A stretch of 64,000 bases of DNA from a virus, in the IMG/VR virus record IMGVR_UViG_3300043436_002883, positions 32,001 to 96,000 of that record, one strand, 5' to 3'. Below are positions 14,356-23,811 of this stretch, one piece after another. Each line of letters begins with the position of its first letter. Position 1 is the first letter of the stretch. A program made the position numbers and the translations under genes. Below the pieces are notes generated by a model. The model had not been told where the DNA came from and made no database searches. It saw nothing but the letters and a program-made list of their open reading frames with translations.

Positions 14356-15357
14356 ATGGATATATCTTATTATACTATTCAAGCAGGACTAAATCCTGCG
14401 GTTGGCTTTGGCTATGCGGGAAAAAATATTGTTAAATCATTAAATAATCTAGGACACTCTGTATCTTTTGCAAATCCTAAATCTACTATTCAATTAAATT
14501 TTACTCAGCCTCATCATTATAAGCTTCACAGAAATCAGTATCAAATTGGATATACTCCGTGGGAGTCAACATCTATGAGATCAGACTGGGTTGAAAGATT
14601 TAACGCTTGTGATGAAGTGTGGGCAACATCTGATTGGTGTGCACAAGTTTTTAAAGAAAACGGAATAACAAAACCAATATATGTTTATCCACACGGTATT
14701 GAAGATTTTTGGAAACCAAAGCGCAGGGTTGTTAAAGAAGGACAACCGTTAAAGTTTTTACACATTGGAGAACCATCTCCAAGAAAAGACGGGCAGCTAG
14801 CAGTAGACACTTTTATCAAGCTATATGGCAATAACCCAAACTATCATTTAACTATTAAAGCACACAATTTTAACACTGTTAGAGTTTATGATAAAGATAA
14901 TCAGTTTATGAGTCCAGAGATGGCATATAATAATATTACTTTAATAACAGATGAGATTAAAGAAGCAGATCTTGTTGCTTTGTATCACAGCCATCATGTT
15001 TTGTTGTATCCCACATGGGGAGAAGGTTTTGGGTTTATTCCGCTTCAAGGTTTAGCAACAGGCATGCCAGTTATATCAACATATGATTGGTCTCACTATG
15101 TGGACTATATGGGACCACTTAAATTAAAATCTAAACTTACAGATGAGACTTTGCCAAAAGCAGTTGGAGACGGACACATTGGAAAAATGTTTAAACCAGA
15201 TGCAAAACATTTAGAGCAACTAATGCGTGAAGTTTCTCTTGATTATAAAGCATACTCTGGTTATTATTTTGCTCAGTCAATTAAAATACATGAAGATTAT
15301 AATTGGGATCAGTTGACCAAGAAAGCATTTGATCATTTAGTAGAAAAATTTTCCTAG
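14356..15357 (+). CDS. glycosyltransferase, GT4/GT-B family
   Basis: YTPWES, HGI, RKDG and EGFGFIPLQGLATGMPVI motifs. Confidence 0.9.
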   Translation: MDISYYTIQAGLNPAVGFGYAGKNIVKSLNNLGHSVSFANPKSTIQLNFTQPHHYKLHRNQYQIGYTPWESTSMRSDWVERFNACDEVWATSDWCAQVFKENGITKPIYVYPHGIEDFWKPKRRVVKEGQPLKFLHIGEPSPRKDGQLAVDTFIKLYGNNPNYHLTIKAHNFNTVRVYDKDNQFMSPEMAYNNITLITDEIKEADLVALYHSHHVLLYPTWGEGFGFIPLQGLATGMPVISTYDWSHYVDYMGPLKLKSKLTDETLPKAVGDGHIGKMFKPDAKHLEQLMREVSLDYKAYSGYYFAQSIKIHEDYNWDQLTKKAFDHLVEKFS

Positions 15358-15444
15358 CGCTTCCACTTTTAATTATTCTTTGGTAGAATAGGATCTTCAC
15401 ACTAAATCAAATTAACCGCTAGGCGGAGAAACAGGTAATTTTAA

Positions 15445-17379
15445 ATGTCTAAGACTATTGCAAACCCATACGAAAATTTTATTGCGTTATCACGTTACGC
15501 TAGATGGATTCCAGAAGAGAATAGACGTGAGACATGGGGAGAAACAGTAGATCGATATTTTTCTTTTATGTTAAATCATTTAAAAGAAAATCATAATTAT
15601 ATTCCAACTGAGAAGCTTGTAGCGGAATTAAAAGACGGTGTATTTAACAGAAATGTGATGCCGTCTATGCGCTCCGTGATGACATCAGGAGCAGCATTAG
15701 AAAGAGACAATGTGGCTGGATACAATTGTTCATTTGTTCCAGTAGATTCTCCACGTTCATTTGATGAAACAATGTATATTCTTATGTGCGGAACAGGTGT
15801 AGGATTTTCTGTTGAATACAAGTACGTTAATAAACTTCCTGCCGTCCCAGATTCGTTTGAAAAGTCAGATACAGTAATTGTTGTAGAAGATTCAAAACAG
15901 GGTTGGGCAAAAGCATATCGTGAGCTACTAGCATTGCTCTGGACTGGACACATTCCAGCAATTGACGTTTCTAAAGTACGTCCCGCAGGTGCACGTCTTA
16001 AGACAATGGGTGGACGCTCATCGGGACCACAACCACTTGTAAATCTTTTTGATTTTACTATTGCAAAGTTTAAAAATGCAGCAGGTCGTCAACTTAAGCC
16101 TATTGAGGCGCATGACATTATGTGTAAGATTGGAGAAGTTGTTGTCGTTGGCGGAGTACGTAGATCAGCAATGATTTCTCTTTCCAACATTAATGATATT
16201 GAGATGGCTGCAGCAAAGTCAGGCAACTGGTGGGAAAATAATACACAACGTGCACTTTCAAATAACTCTGTTGCTTATTCACGCAAGCCAGAGATGGAGC
16301 AGTTTATAGCAGAATGGAAAAACCTTTATGATTCAAAATCAGGAGAACGAGGTATATACAATGTGGCCGCAGCTCAAGCCCAAGCAGCCAAGTATGGAAG
16401 AAGAGATCCAGATATTCACTACGGAACTAACCCATGCTCAGAGATTATCTTACGTCCTTACCAGTTTTGTAATCTTTCAGAAGTCGTACTTCGTGAAAAA
16501 GATACAGTTGAAGATGTTGCAAACAAAGTTCGCCTTGCTACAATTTTGGGAACATGGCAATCAACGCTAACAGATTTTAAGTATTTACGTAAAATATGGA
16601 AAGATAATACAGAAGAAGAACGCCTGCTTGGTGTATCCTTAACTGGACAATTTGGACATAAGTTCTTTTCTGGAAAGCAGGGCTTGGATAAGTTGGAAAC
16701 AACTCTATCGGGTCTTCGTGAATATGCAAGAGAAACGAATAAAGAAGAGGCTGGGAAAATTGGGATTCCTGAGTCTGCAGCTATTACATGTGTAAAGCCT
16801 TCTGGCACAGTATCTCAATTGGTCGGGGTATCTTCAGGAATGCATCCTTGGCATTCACCATATTACATTCGTACAGTTCGTGGCTCAAAGGGAGATCCAA
16901 TTTCTACATTCTTAAAGGAAGTCGGAATTCCAGTAGAAGATGATGTTATGAAGCCAAATGATACATACGTATTTTCATTTCCAGTTAAGGCACCAGAGGG
17001 TGCAATTGTTAGAAATGATTTAACAGCATTAGACCACCTAAATACATGGTTAGTTTATCAACGTGCATGGTGTGAGCACAAGCCTTCAATTACAGTTTCT
17101 GTAAAAGAAGATGAGTGGATGGAGGTTGGGGCATGGGTATATAAGCATTTTGATGAGGTATCTGGAATTTCATTCCTGCCTCATTCAGATCACTCATACA
17201 AGCAGGCTCCCTACCAAGAAGTAGATAAAGCAGAATATGATGCACTTGTTGCAAAGATGCCTAAAGAAATTCGCTGGGAAGATTTATCTTTTTATGAGAC
17301 AGAAGATGGCACTTCTACTAATGCCACTCTTGCCTGCAGCTCAGATGGAAACTGTGAGCTTGTAGATATTTCCGCTTAA
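15445..17379 (+). CDS. nrdJ: class II (adenosylcobalamin-dependent) ribonucleotide reductase
   Basis: RRETW.ETV.R, YNCSF, GTGVGF, GGVRRSA, TNPCSEI, TCVKPSGT and C-terminal Cys pair. Confidence 0.93.
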   Translation: MSKTIANPYENFIALSRYARWIPEENRRETWGETVDRYFSFMLNHLKENHNYIPTEKLVAELKDGVFNRNVMPSMRSVMTSGAALERDNVAGYNCSFVPVDSPRSFDETMYILMCGTGVGFSVEYKYVNKLPAVPDSFEKSDTVIVVEDSKQGWAKAYRELLALLWTGHIPAIDVSKVRPAGARLKTMGGRSSGPQPLVNLFDFTIAKFKNAAGRQLKPIEAHDIMCKIGEVVVVGGVRRSAMISLSNINDIEMAAAKSGNWWENNTQRALSNNSVAYSRKPEMEQFIAEWKNLYDSKSGERGIYNVAAAQAQAAKYGRRDPDIHYGTNPCSEIILRPYQFCNLSEVVLREKDTVEDVANKVRLATILGTWQSTLTDFKYLRKIWKDNTEEERLLGVSLTGQFGHKFFSGKQGLDKLETTLSGLREYARETNKEEAGKIGIPESAAITCVKPSGTVSQLVGVSSGMHPWHSPYYIRTVRGSKGDPISTFLKEVGIPVEDDVMKPNDTYVFSFPVKAPEGAIVRNDLTALDHLNTWLVYQRAWCEHKPSITVSVKEDEWMEVGAWVYKHFDEVSGISFLPHSDHSYKQAPYQEVDKAEYDALVAKMPKEIRWEDLSFYETEDGTSTNATLACSSDGNCELVDISA

Positions 17380-17447
17380 TGGTAGAATATGAGTATTGGG
17401 TATTAACCCAAAATTCTGGGCACCCCGCCCAAAATGGAGATGATAAA

Positions 17448-17690
17448 ATGGCTATCAAAAAATTTGATAAGGCTGACTTGAACAAAGATGGGAAAGTAAC
17501 AATGCAAGAACAAATTTTAGCAGCAATTGGAACATACGGAAGAGCATTTTTGGCAGCAGCCACAGCTCTATACATGACTGGAAATACAAATCCAAAGGAT
17601 TTGATTGCAGCTGGCGTAGCAGCAATTGCTCCAGTAATTCTAAAGGCATTAAGCCCAAGCAACAAAGAATTTGGATTTACAAGCAAGTAA
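17448..17690 (+). CDS. holin-like membrane protein with N-terminal EF-hand loop
   Basis: GGAG RBS before ATG 17448; DLNKDGKVTMQE; two hydrophobic segments resembling r1t-type holins. Confidence 0.65.
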   Translation: MAIKKFDKADLNKDGKVTMQEQILAAIGTYGRAFLAAATALYMTGNTNPKDLIAAGVAAIAPVILKALSPSNKEFGFTSK

Positions 17691-17705
17691 TTTAATTATT
17701 ACTGT

Positions 17706-17747
17706 TAGGATAGCTCCTGTGCTAAAATAAGCATAGGAGTTTTCCTA
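17706..17747 (+). terminator. long hairpin with an extended -10 (TGCTAAAAT) at its apex
   Basis: TAGGATAGCTCCTGTGCT-AAAATA-AGCATAGGAGTTTTCCTA. Confidence 0.5.
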
Positions 17748-17764
17748 TTTAGGAGTACTATAAA

Positions 17765-18112
17765 ATGGCAGGGCAAAAGAATTTCGAAGTGGATCAAAAT
17801 GCCACATTTTCATTTATTGTTGAATACAAAGACGATAATGGGCTACCTATTGACCTAACAGGCTCAACAGCAAAAATGCAGGTAAGAGATACAAAAGGTG
17901 GAACTAAATTAGCTTTTAGTTTAACTTCACCATCAGGCGGAATCACAATAACCCCACTACTTGGCAAGTTAACTATTAAAATGACTCCAACACAAACCAA
18001 TAAACTATTCTATCCAAAATCATCATATGACATTATGCTGACAGATTCAAACGCAAATAAAATTAAATTGCTAGAGGGCTTTATGACACTTAGCAGATCG
18101 GTGACAATATAA
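17765..18112 (+). CDS. virion structural protein (Ig-like, BppU-N-like)
   Basis: DQ.ATF...PIDLTG.TAKMQVR...YDI...LLEG pattern. Confidence 0.7.
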   Translation: MAGQKNFEVDQNATFSFIVEYKDDNGLPIDLTGSTAKMQVRDTKGGTKLAFSLTSPSGGITITPLLGKLTIKMTPTQTNKLFYPKSSYDIMLTDSNANKIKLLEGFMTLSRSVTI

Positions 18113-18549
18113 TGGTAGAGACAATTGTTGTAACAGTTCCAAGCAACGAAGTTGTAGTTTCTACTCCTGGCCCCCAAGGCCCAAGAGGAAAAAGCATACT
18201 TAATGGAGTAGGTGCTCCTGCAGAAAATTTTGGTCTTGAAGGAGATTTTTACTATGATAAAAATACAACAAGATTCTATGGGCCAAAGCCAACAGATCTA
18301 ACTTGGGCAGGAGCAACAAATTACCTTTTAAACATGACTTTAGAGTACTCTTGGGAACTTACACAAGTTACTGGACCAGTATCTGGAGTATATTCTGTAG
18401 AAATTAATCATAATTTAGGCATGAAGCCAAACGTTACAATTAAATCAAGCGCAGGCGACGTTTTAGAAACAGGAATAGATTATAATAGTAGTAACAAAAT
18501 AACACTGACAATGGCTCAACCATTCTCAGGGACAGCGTACCTGTCTTAA
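18112..18549 (+). CDS. fibre-associated protein with short collagen motif
   Basis: GPQGPRG, G.GAP...GDFY, HNLG.KP. Confidence 0.7.
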   Translation: MVETIVVTVPSNEVVVSTPGPQGPRGKSILNGVGAPAENFGLEGDFYYDKNTTRFYGPKPTDLTWAGATNYLLNMTLEYSWELTQVTGPVSGVYSVEINHNLGMKPNVTIKSSAGDVLETGIDYNSSNKITLTMAQPFSGTAYLS

Positions 18550-18561
18550 GGGAGTTAGCAA

Positions 18562-19983
18562 ATGGCAAGAAAATTTTTAGTTAGCGTTGATCTCAATAAG
18601 AATGAGCTTCTCAATGCCAGAATCCAAAACCTCGGAGCTGCACCATCTAGCCCAGTAACTGGACAAATTTACTATGACAGCGGCAACAATGTCATGTACT
18701 ACTACAATGGATTACCTTCACCAAATGGTCCATGGATGCCAATGTCTGGCTCTACAGAAGTTATCCAAGATGTTATTGGGTCTTCAGTATTAGGTGGAAA
18801 TGTTTTAACAGCGACATACGATGACACCGCTGGAACAACAACAATTGATTTAGACAATACAGCAGTAACAGCTGGATCTTATGGTTCAACAACAGCAATT
18901 CCAACATTTACAGTAGACGCACAAGGTCGTTTAACTGCTGCAAGTACAGTAAGCGTAGCAACAGCTCTTTCAATTGCTGCAGAATCTGGAACAGCAGACA
19001 CAGTAGACCTTCTAACAGATACACTAACCTTTGCCGCAGGCGAAGGAATTAATACAGATGTTACAAACAACACAATTACAATTTCTGGAGAAGATGCCTC
19101 TACAAGCAATAAGGGTATTGCGTCATTTAATTCAGATGATTTTAATACAACAGATGGACATGTAGAGCTAGAGGATACAGTTGTTAAAACAGTTACAACA
19201 GACTCTGGAGCTCTTACTCCATCATCACACGGCCTCTCTATTCTTGGCGGAGAAGGAATTGATGTAACGCATTCTGGAACATCAATTACAGTGGCTGGAG
19301 AAGATGCAAGTACAACTAATAAGGGTGTGGCTTCATTCTCAACAGATGACTTTACAGTAACATCTGGTGCAGTAACAATCAAGAATGTGAATCTTGCTAC
19401 ACAGACAACTGGAAATTATATTGCAACAATTGCTGGAACAGAAAATGAAGTTACAGTTTCAGGATCTGGAACAGAAAATTCAGCAGTAACAATTGGACTT
19501 CCAGACGATGTATCAATTACTAACAACTTAACAGTTGGCGGAAACCTAACAGTTAATGGTACAGTAACTGCGGTAAATACAGAAACAACAACATTAAATG
19601 ATAATATTATTGTTTTAAATAACAATGAAACAGGTACTCCGTCCCAAAACGCAGGACTTGAAGTAGAACGTGGAACATCTGCTAATGTTTCAATAGTATG
19701 GAATGAATCTTCAGATCAATGGACACTTACAAATGATGGTACAAACTATCATGAAGTAGTACGTAAGTGGAAATCTAATATTACTACAACCACTGAAGCC
19801 CCTTACACATTTGCGGCAGAGCATAATCTTGGAACACGTGATGTAACGGTTGCAGTTTATTCAAACTCTACTCCATATTCCGAGGTTGAGGTAGATGTTG
19901 ATCATACATCAGATACTACAGTTACACTAACATTTGCAATCGCACCAACAGCTGGAGCATATAGAGTAGTAATTACAGGATAA
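18562..19983 (+). CDS. fibre/decoration structural protein
   Basis: Thr/Ser-rich; repeated GEDAST.NKG.ASF..DDF; AGLEVERG; C-terminal HNLGTRDV. Confidence 0.75.
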   Translation: MARKFLVSVDLNKNELLNARIQNLGAAPSSPVTGQIYYDSGNNVMYYYNGLPSPNGPWMPMSGSTEVIQDVIGSSVLGGNVLTATYDDTAGTTTIDLDNTAVTAGSYGSTTAIPTFTVDAQGRLTAASTVSVATALSIAAESGTADTVDLLTDTLTFAAGEGINTDVTNNTITISGEDASTSNKGIASFNSDDFNTTDGHVELEDTVVKTVTTDSGALTPSSHGLSILGGEGIDVTHSGTSITVAGEDASTTNKGVASFSTDDFTVTSGAVTIKNVNLATQTTGNYIATIAGTENEVTVSGSGTENSAVTIGLPDDVSITNNLTVGGNLTVNGTVTAVNTETTTLNDNIIVLNNNETGTPSQNAGLEVERGTSANVSIVWNESSDQWTLTNDGTNYHEVVRKWKSNITTTTEAPYTFAAEHNLGTRDVTVAVYSNSTPYSEVEVDVDHTSDTTVTLTFAIAPTAGAYRVVITG

Positions 19984-19986
19984 AGT

Positions 19987-20403
19987 ATGACAAAAAAATT
20001 CTTAACGCCTATAGCACCACCAGCGCTTACTGAAGATCCATCTGTAGGAATAACTGGAGCTATTTACTATAATAGTTTAACTGGAAAGTTAAAGATTTAT
20101 TCTGGTACGGCTTGGGAAAATGTTTCTACAGGAGTTTCAGTATTATCGGGACCACCATCTAATCCAGATTTAGGGCAACTTTATTTTGATACATCAGAAA
20201 GTACATTTAAAGGCTACAATGGACAAGTTTGGTATGACGTTGCGGGACCAAAAGAAATTTTGGAGCATACACACAACGCATCAAGTGGTATAGTAGAAGA
20301 AGTAAATTATGGAGAGTATGTTGATGACTCTAGAATTTTTGCAAGTTCAGGCAGTGCTAGTTCAAATTTTATAGGTGATTATATTGACGGAGGTGGTGCA
20401 TAA
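19987..20403 (+). CDS. small fibre protein
   Basis: Two G.IYY/YFD...K.Y.G..W repeats. Confidence 0.7.
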   Translation: MTKKFLTPIAPPALTEDPSVGITGAIYYNSLTGKLKIYSGTAWENVSTGVSVLSGPPSNPDLGQLYFDTSESTFKGYNGQVWYDVAGPKEILEHTHNASSGIVEEVNYGEYVDDSRIFASSGSASSNFIGDYIDGGGA

Positions 20404-23400
20404 TGGCAATTAGAATTCAATTACGCAGAGACACAGCAGCAAATTGGACTTCAGCAAATCCTGTTTTAAGAGCAGGAGAATTTGGTGTTGAAACAGATAC
20501 ACTTAAGGTAAAGGTAGGTAATGGCACCAGTACATGGACACAAATATCTAGCTACCTAAATATTACACCCGCACAACTAGCAACAACAGTTACAGCAGTA
20601 AATGCTTATACAGATGCAGCAGTAGCATCTTTAGGAAATACTGCATCAACCACTTATGTTCCTCTTTCAGATGTTGGAAATATAGATGGCGTTGCCTCAC
20701 TTGATGCCACTGGTAAAATCCCAGATTCACAAATTCCAGCAGGAATAACTAGAGACACAGAGCTATCTTCTGCTATTTCAACAGCAATTAATAATCTTAT
20801 TGATGGTGCGCCAGGCGCATTAGACACACTTAACGAGCTTGCAGCAGCAATTAATGACGATGCATCATATGCATCAACTATAACAACAGCCCTTGGTTTA
20901 AAAGCACCACTGGCCTCACCAGCACTTACTGGAACACCTACTGCACCAACAGCAGCGGCAGACACAAGTACAACTCAAATTGCAACCACAGCTTTTGCTA
21001 AATCCGAAGCAGATGCAGCACAAGCAGCCGCAATCTCTGAAGCAGCAACAGATGCTACAACAAAAGCAAACGCAGCAAAGTCTGGCGCAGAAGCAACAGC
21101 AGCATCTGCACTTTCTTTGCACGAATCAGATACAACAAATATACATGGTATTGCAGATACAGCAGAACTGGCAACCAAAGCATTTGCAGCAGAGCTGCTT
21201 ACAAATGCTACAAAGTCTAATATATCAATTACAGGAGATAAAAACGGACTTACTATTAATGCTGAAAATGGAGTGGCGGACTCTACAACAGACGCCTTAG
21301 CTGAAGGTGGTACAAATAAATACTTTACAGATGATAGAGCACAGGATGCTGTAGCAACCGCTTTAGCAGCTGGTACACATACAAATATTTCAGTATCTTA
21401 TGATGATGTAGCAAATTCAATTTCTTTAACTGGAGCGGTAACATATACAGATGAAAATGCTCAAGATGCAATAGGAAATGCAGTTGGAACAGGCCTTTCT
21501 TATAACGATACAACTGGAGCAATTTCTGTAGACCCTTCAGAATTTGCACTAAATACAGTCGGTGCACCAACTGGCAACGTATCTCTTGCTACCTATAAAA
21601 TCACAAGCCTTGGAACACCAACTGATTCAACAGATGCTGCTACAAAGGCTTACGTTGACTCAGTAACAGAAGGTCTTCATATTCACGAGTCCGTAATTGC
21701 AGCAACAACTACAAATGTTAATCTCGCAAATGCTCTTGAAAACGGTGACACTCTTGACGGAGTAACCCTTGCAACTGGCAACCGAATTCTTGTTAAAAAT
21801 CAGACAACTACATCTGAAAACGGTATTTACGTAGTTCAGGCTTCAGGACAACCAGTACGTGCAGCCGATTTTGATACAGCAGCAGAAGTTGATTCTGGTG
21901 ATTTTGTATTCGTATATTCAGGAACAGCAAATGCTAGCACTGGATGGGTACAAACAAATAAACCAGCAACAATTGGAACGGACCCAATAGTATTTACACA
22001 GTTCTCAGGTGCTGGTACATATCTTGCGGGTAATGGATTAAGCCTTAATGGAAATACATTTAGTATTAATACAGGAACAACTGTAGATTTAAATACAGCT
22101 CAAACTCTTTCAAACAAAACACTGACATCTCCAGTTATAAATGGTGCAACAATTGGTGGAAGCTTAATTCCATCAGCAAATGCCTCATATGACCTTGGAT
22201 CTGCAGCTAACAAGTTTAAAGATCTATATTTGTCTGGAACAACACTTTACCTAGATACAGCATCTATGCAGTTGGATTCTGGAAATATTCAATTTAGTCA
22301 TAGCGGAAATACAACAACAATTCCAGTTGCAAATGGTGCACATACAGTAACAACTCGTGCTGGTATTGAAACTTTAACAAATAAAACTTTAACTGCTCCA
22401 GTTATTAATAATCCAACTGGAATCACAAAATCTGATGTAGGTCTTGCAAATGTTGATAATACTTCAGATGCAAATAAGCCAGTTTCAACTGCTACACAAA
22501 CAGCACTTGACCTTAAGGCACCACTTGCGTCACCAGCACTTAGTGGTGTACCAACTGCCCCAACAGCAGCAGCCAACACAAATACAACTCAAATTGCAAC
22601 AACTGCTTACGTGCAAACAGAGATTGCTGACTTGATTGCAGCTGCTCCTGGAGCACTAGATACTCTTGATGAGTTGGCAGCAGCTCTTGGTGATGACGCA
22701 AACTATGCAGCTACAATAACAACAGCACTTGGTACCAAGGCTCCAATAGCATCACCTACATTTACAGGGACAGTAGTACTTCCAAATAATACAATTACCA
22801 ACGCAATGTTAGCTGGATCAATTGAAAACAACAAGCTTGTAAATTCCTCTATTACAATTAATGGGAACGCAGTATCTTTGGGTGGAACGGTTACGCTGGC
22901 CACTTCTGCAGCAACTGAAAATACTCTTGGAACTGTATACGGAAAGGTAACAACATCTGGTGTTGACAACACATCACTAGGAAGCCTAACTTTACAGAAT
23001 ATAGAAACTGGAACTGAAAATACAGCACTCGGAAATGAATCTTTAAGATCATTAACAGAAGGAAGCAGAAACGCAGTGCTAGGATTCCAGGCTGGTACTT
23101 TAATAACAAGTGGAATAGGAAACGTCCTATTAGGAACTAGCGCAGGAAGCAATTTGGTCGGCGGAAGTAATAACATTATTATCGGTGATGTTGTACAGTC
23201 CACTACAAGTAATACCAGCAACGAAATTATTATTGGAAATAATGCAAGCAACGCATTTAAAATTCCAGGAATAGGTCTTTCAGCATCAGTAGCTAACTAT
23301 ATTATAACAGCAACAGATACACAAAATTTAACCAATAAAACAATAACAGCACCAACAATTAGCAACCCTAACTTTACTGGGCCAATATCTGTTGCAGACC

Positions 23401-23807
23401 CAGTATCTGCAAGTCACGCAGTAAATAAAGCTTACCTTGAAGCAGAAATTGCCGATTCGGTAGGAAGCGATATATATCCTTTAGACTCATTGTCTCAATT
23501 GTTTGATGGATATACTTCAAGATTTAAGCTAAAATTTGATGGAGTAGATTTTATTCCATCAAACCCATATAAGCTTTTTATAACAATTAATGGTATAATT
23601 CAAATATTGGGAAACCAAGATCAGCACTGGCTCAGCGCATTGCCGTCCGAGGGGTACTTTTTAGATAATGATGGATATATTCAGTTCGGGGAACCAATTC
23701 CAGCTGGGTCATCATTTGAGGCAAAGTATATCTCAGGACCAAATACGCAAACAGTTAAAAAATCTAGATATCCGTTCAGAGCAACAGATATATTATTAGG
23801 AGATTAA
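20403..23807 (+). CDS. long fibre protein with Mtd N-terminal domain
   Basis: RIQLRRDTAANW...P.L..GE.G.ETDT.K.K.G.G...W; duplicated APGALDTL.ELAAA/KAPLASP fibre repeats; DAATKAYVD. Confidence 0.85.
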   Translation: MAIRIQLRRDTAANWTSANPVLRAGEFGVETDTLKVKVGNGTSTWTQISSYLNITPAQLATTVTAVNAYTDAAVASLGNTASTTYVPLSDVGNIDGVASLDATGKIPDSQIPAGITRDTELSSAISTAINNLIDGAPGALDTLNELAAAINDDASYASTITTALGLKAPLASPALTGTPTAPTAAADTSTTQIATTAFAKSEADAAQAAAISEAATDATTKANAAKSGAEATAASALSLHESDTTNIHGIADTAELATKAFAAELLTNATKSNISITGDKNGLTINAENGVADSTTDALAEGGTNKYFTDDRAQDAVATALAAGTHTNISVSYDDVANSISLTGAVTYTDENAQDAIGNAVGTGLSYNDTTGAISVDPSEFALNTVGAPTGNVSLATYKITSLGTPTDSTDAATKAYVDSVTEGLHIHESVIAATTTNVNLANALENGDTLDGVTLATGNRILVKNQTTTSENGIYVVQASGQPVRAADFDTAAEVDSGDFVFVYSGTANASTGWVQTNKPATIGTDPIVFTQFSGAGTYLAGNGLSLNGNTFSINTGTTVDLNTAQTLSNKTLTSPVINGATIGGSLIPSANASYDLGSAANKFKDLYLSGTTLYLDTASMQLDSGNIQFSHSGNTTTIPVANGAHTVTTRAGIETLTNKTLTAPVINNPTGITKSDVGLANVDNTSDANKPVSTATQTALDLKAPLASPALSGVPTAPTAAANTNTTQIATTAYVQTEIADLIAAAPGALDTLDELAAALGDDANYAATITTALGTKAPIASPTFTGTVVLPNNTITNAMLAGSIENNKLVNSSITINGNAVSLGGTVTLATSAATENTLGTVYGKVTTSGVDNTSLGSLTLQNIETGTENTALGNESLRSLTEGSRNAVLGFQAGTLITSGIGNVLLGTSAGSNLVGGSNNIIIGDVVQSTTSNTSNEIIIGNNASNAFKIPGIGLSASVANYIITATDTQNLTNKTITAPTISNPNFTGPISVADPVSASHAVNKAYLEAEIADSVGSDIYPLDSLSQLFDGYTSRFKLKFDGVDFIPSNPYKLFITINGIIQILGNQDQHWLSALPSEGYFLDNDGYIQFGEPIPAGSSFEAKYISGPNTQTVKKSRYPFRATDILLGD

Positions 23808-23811
23808 GAAA

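Noticed and set aside
14685-14693. Perfect DnaA box inside the glycosyltransferase gene
   Set aside because: Single copy overlapping conserved YPHG codons; likely chance.
17379-17447. N-terminal extension of the holin-like ORF given in the track
   Set aside because: The ATG is part of a TGGTAGAAT extended -10; the RBS supports ATG 17448.
20403-23807. Diversity-generating retroelement suggested by the Mtd N-terminal domain
   Set aside because: No reverse transcriptase and no adenine-specific template/variable repeat pair seen; internal duplications are ordinary fibre repeats.
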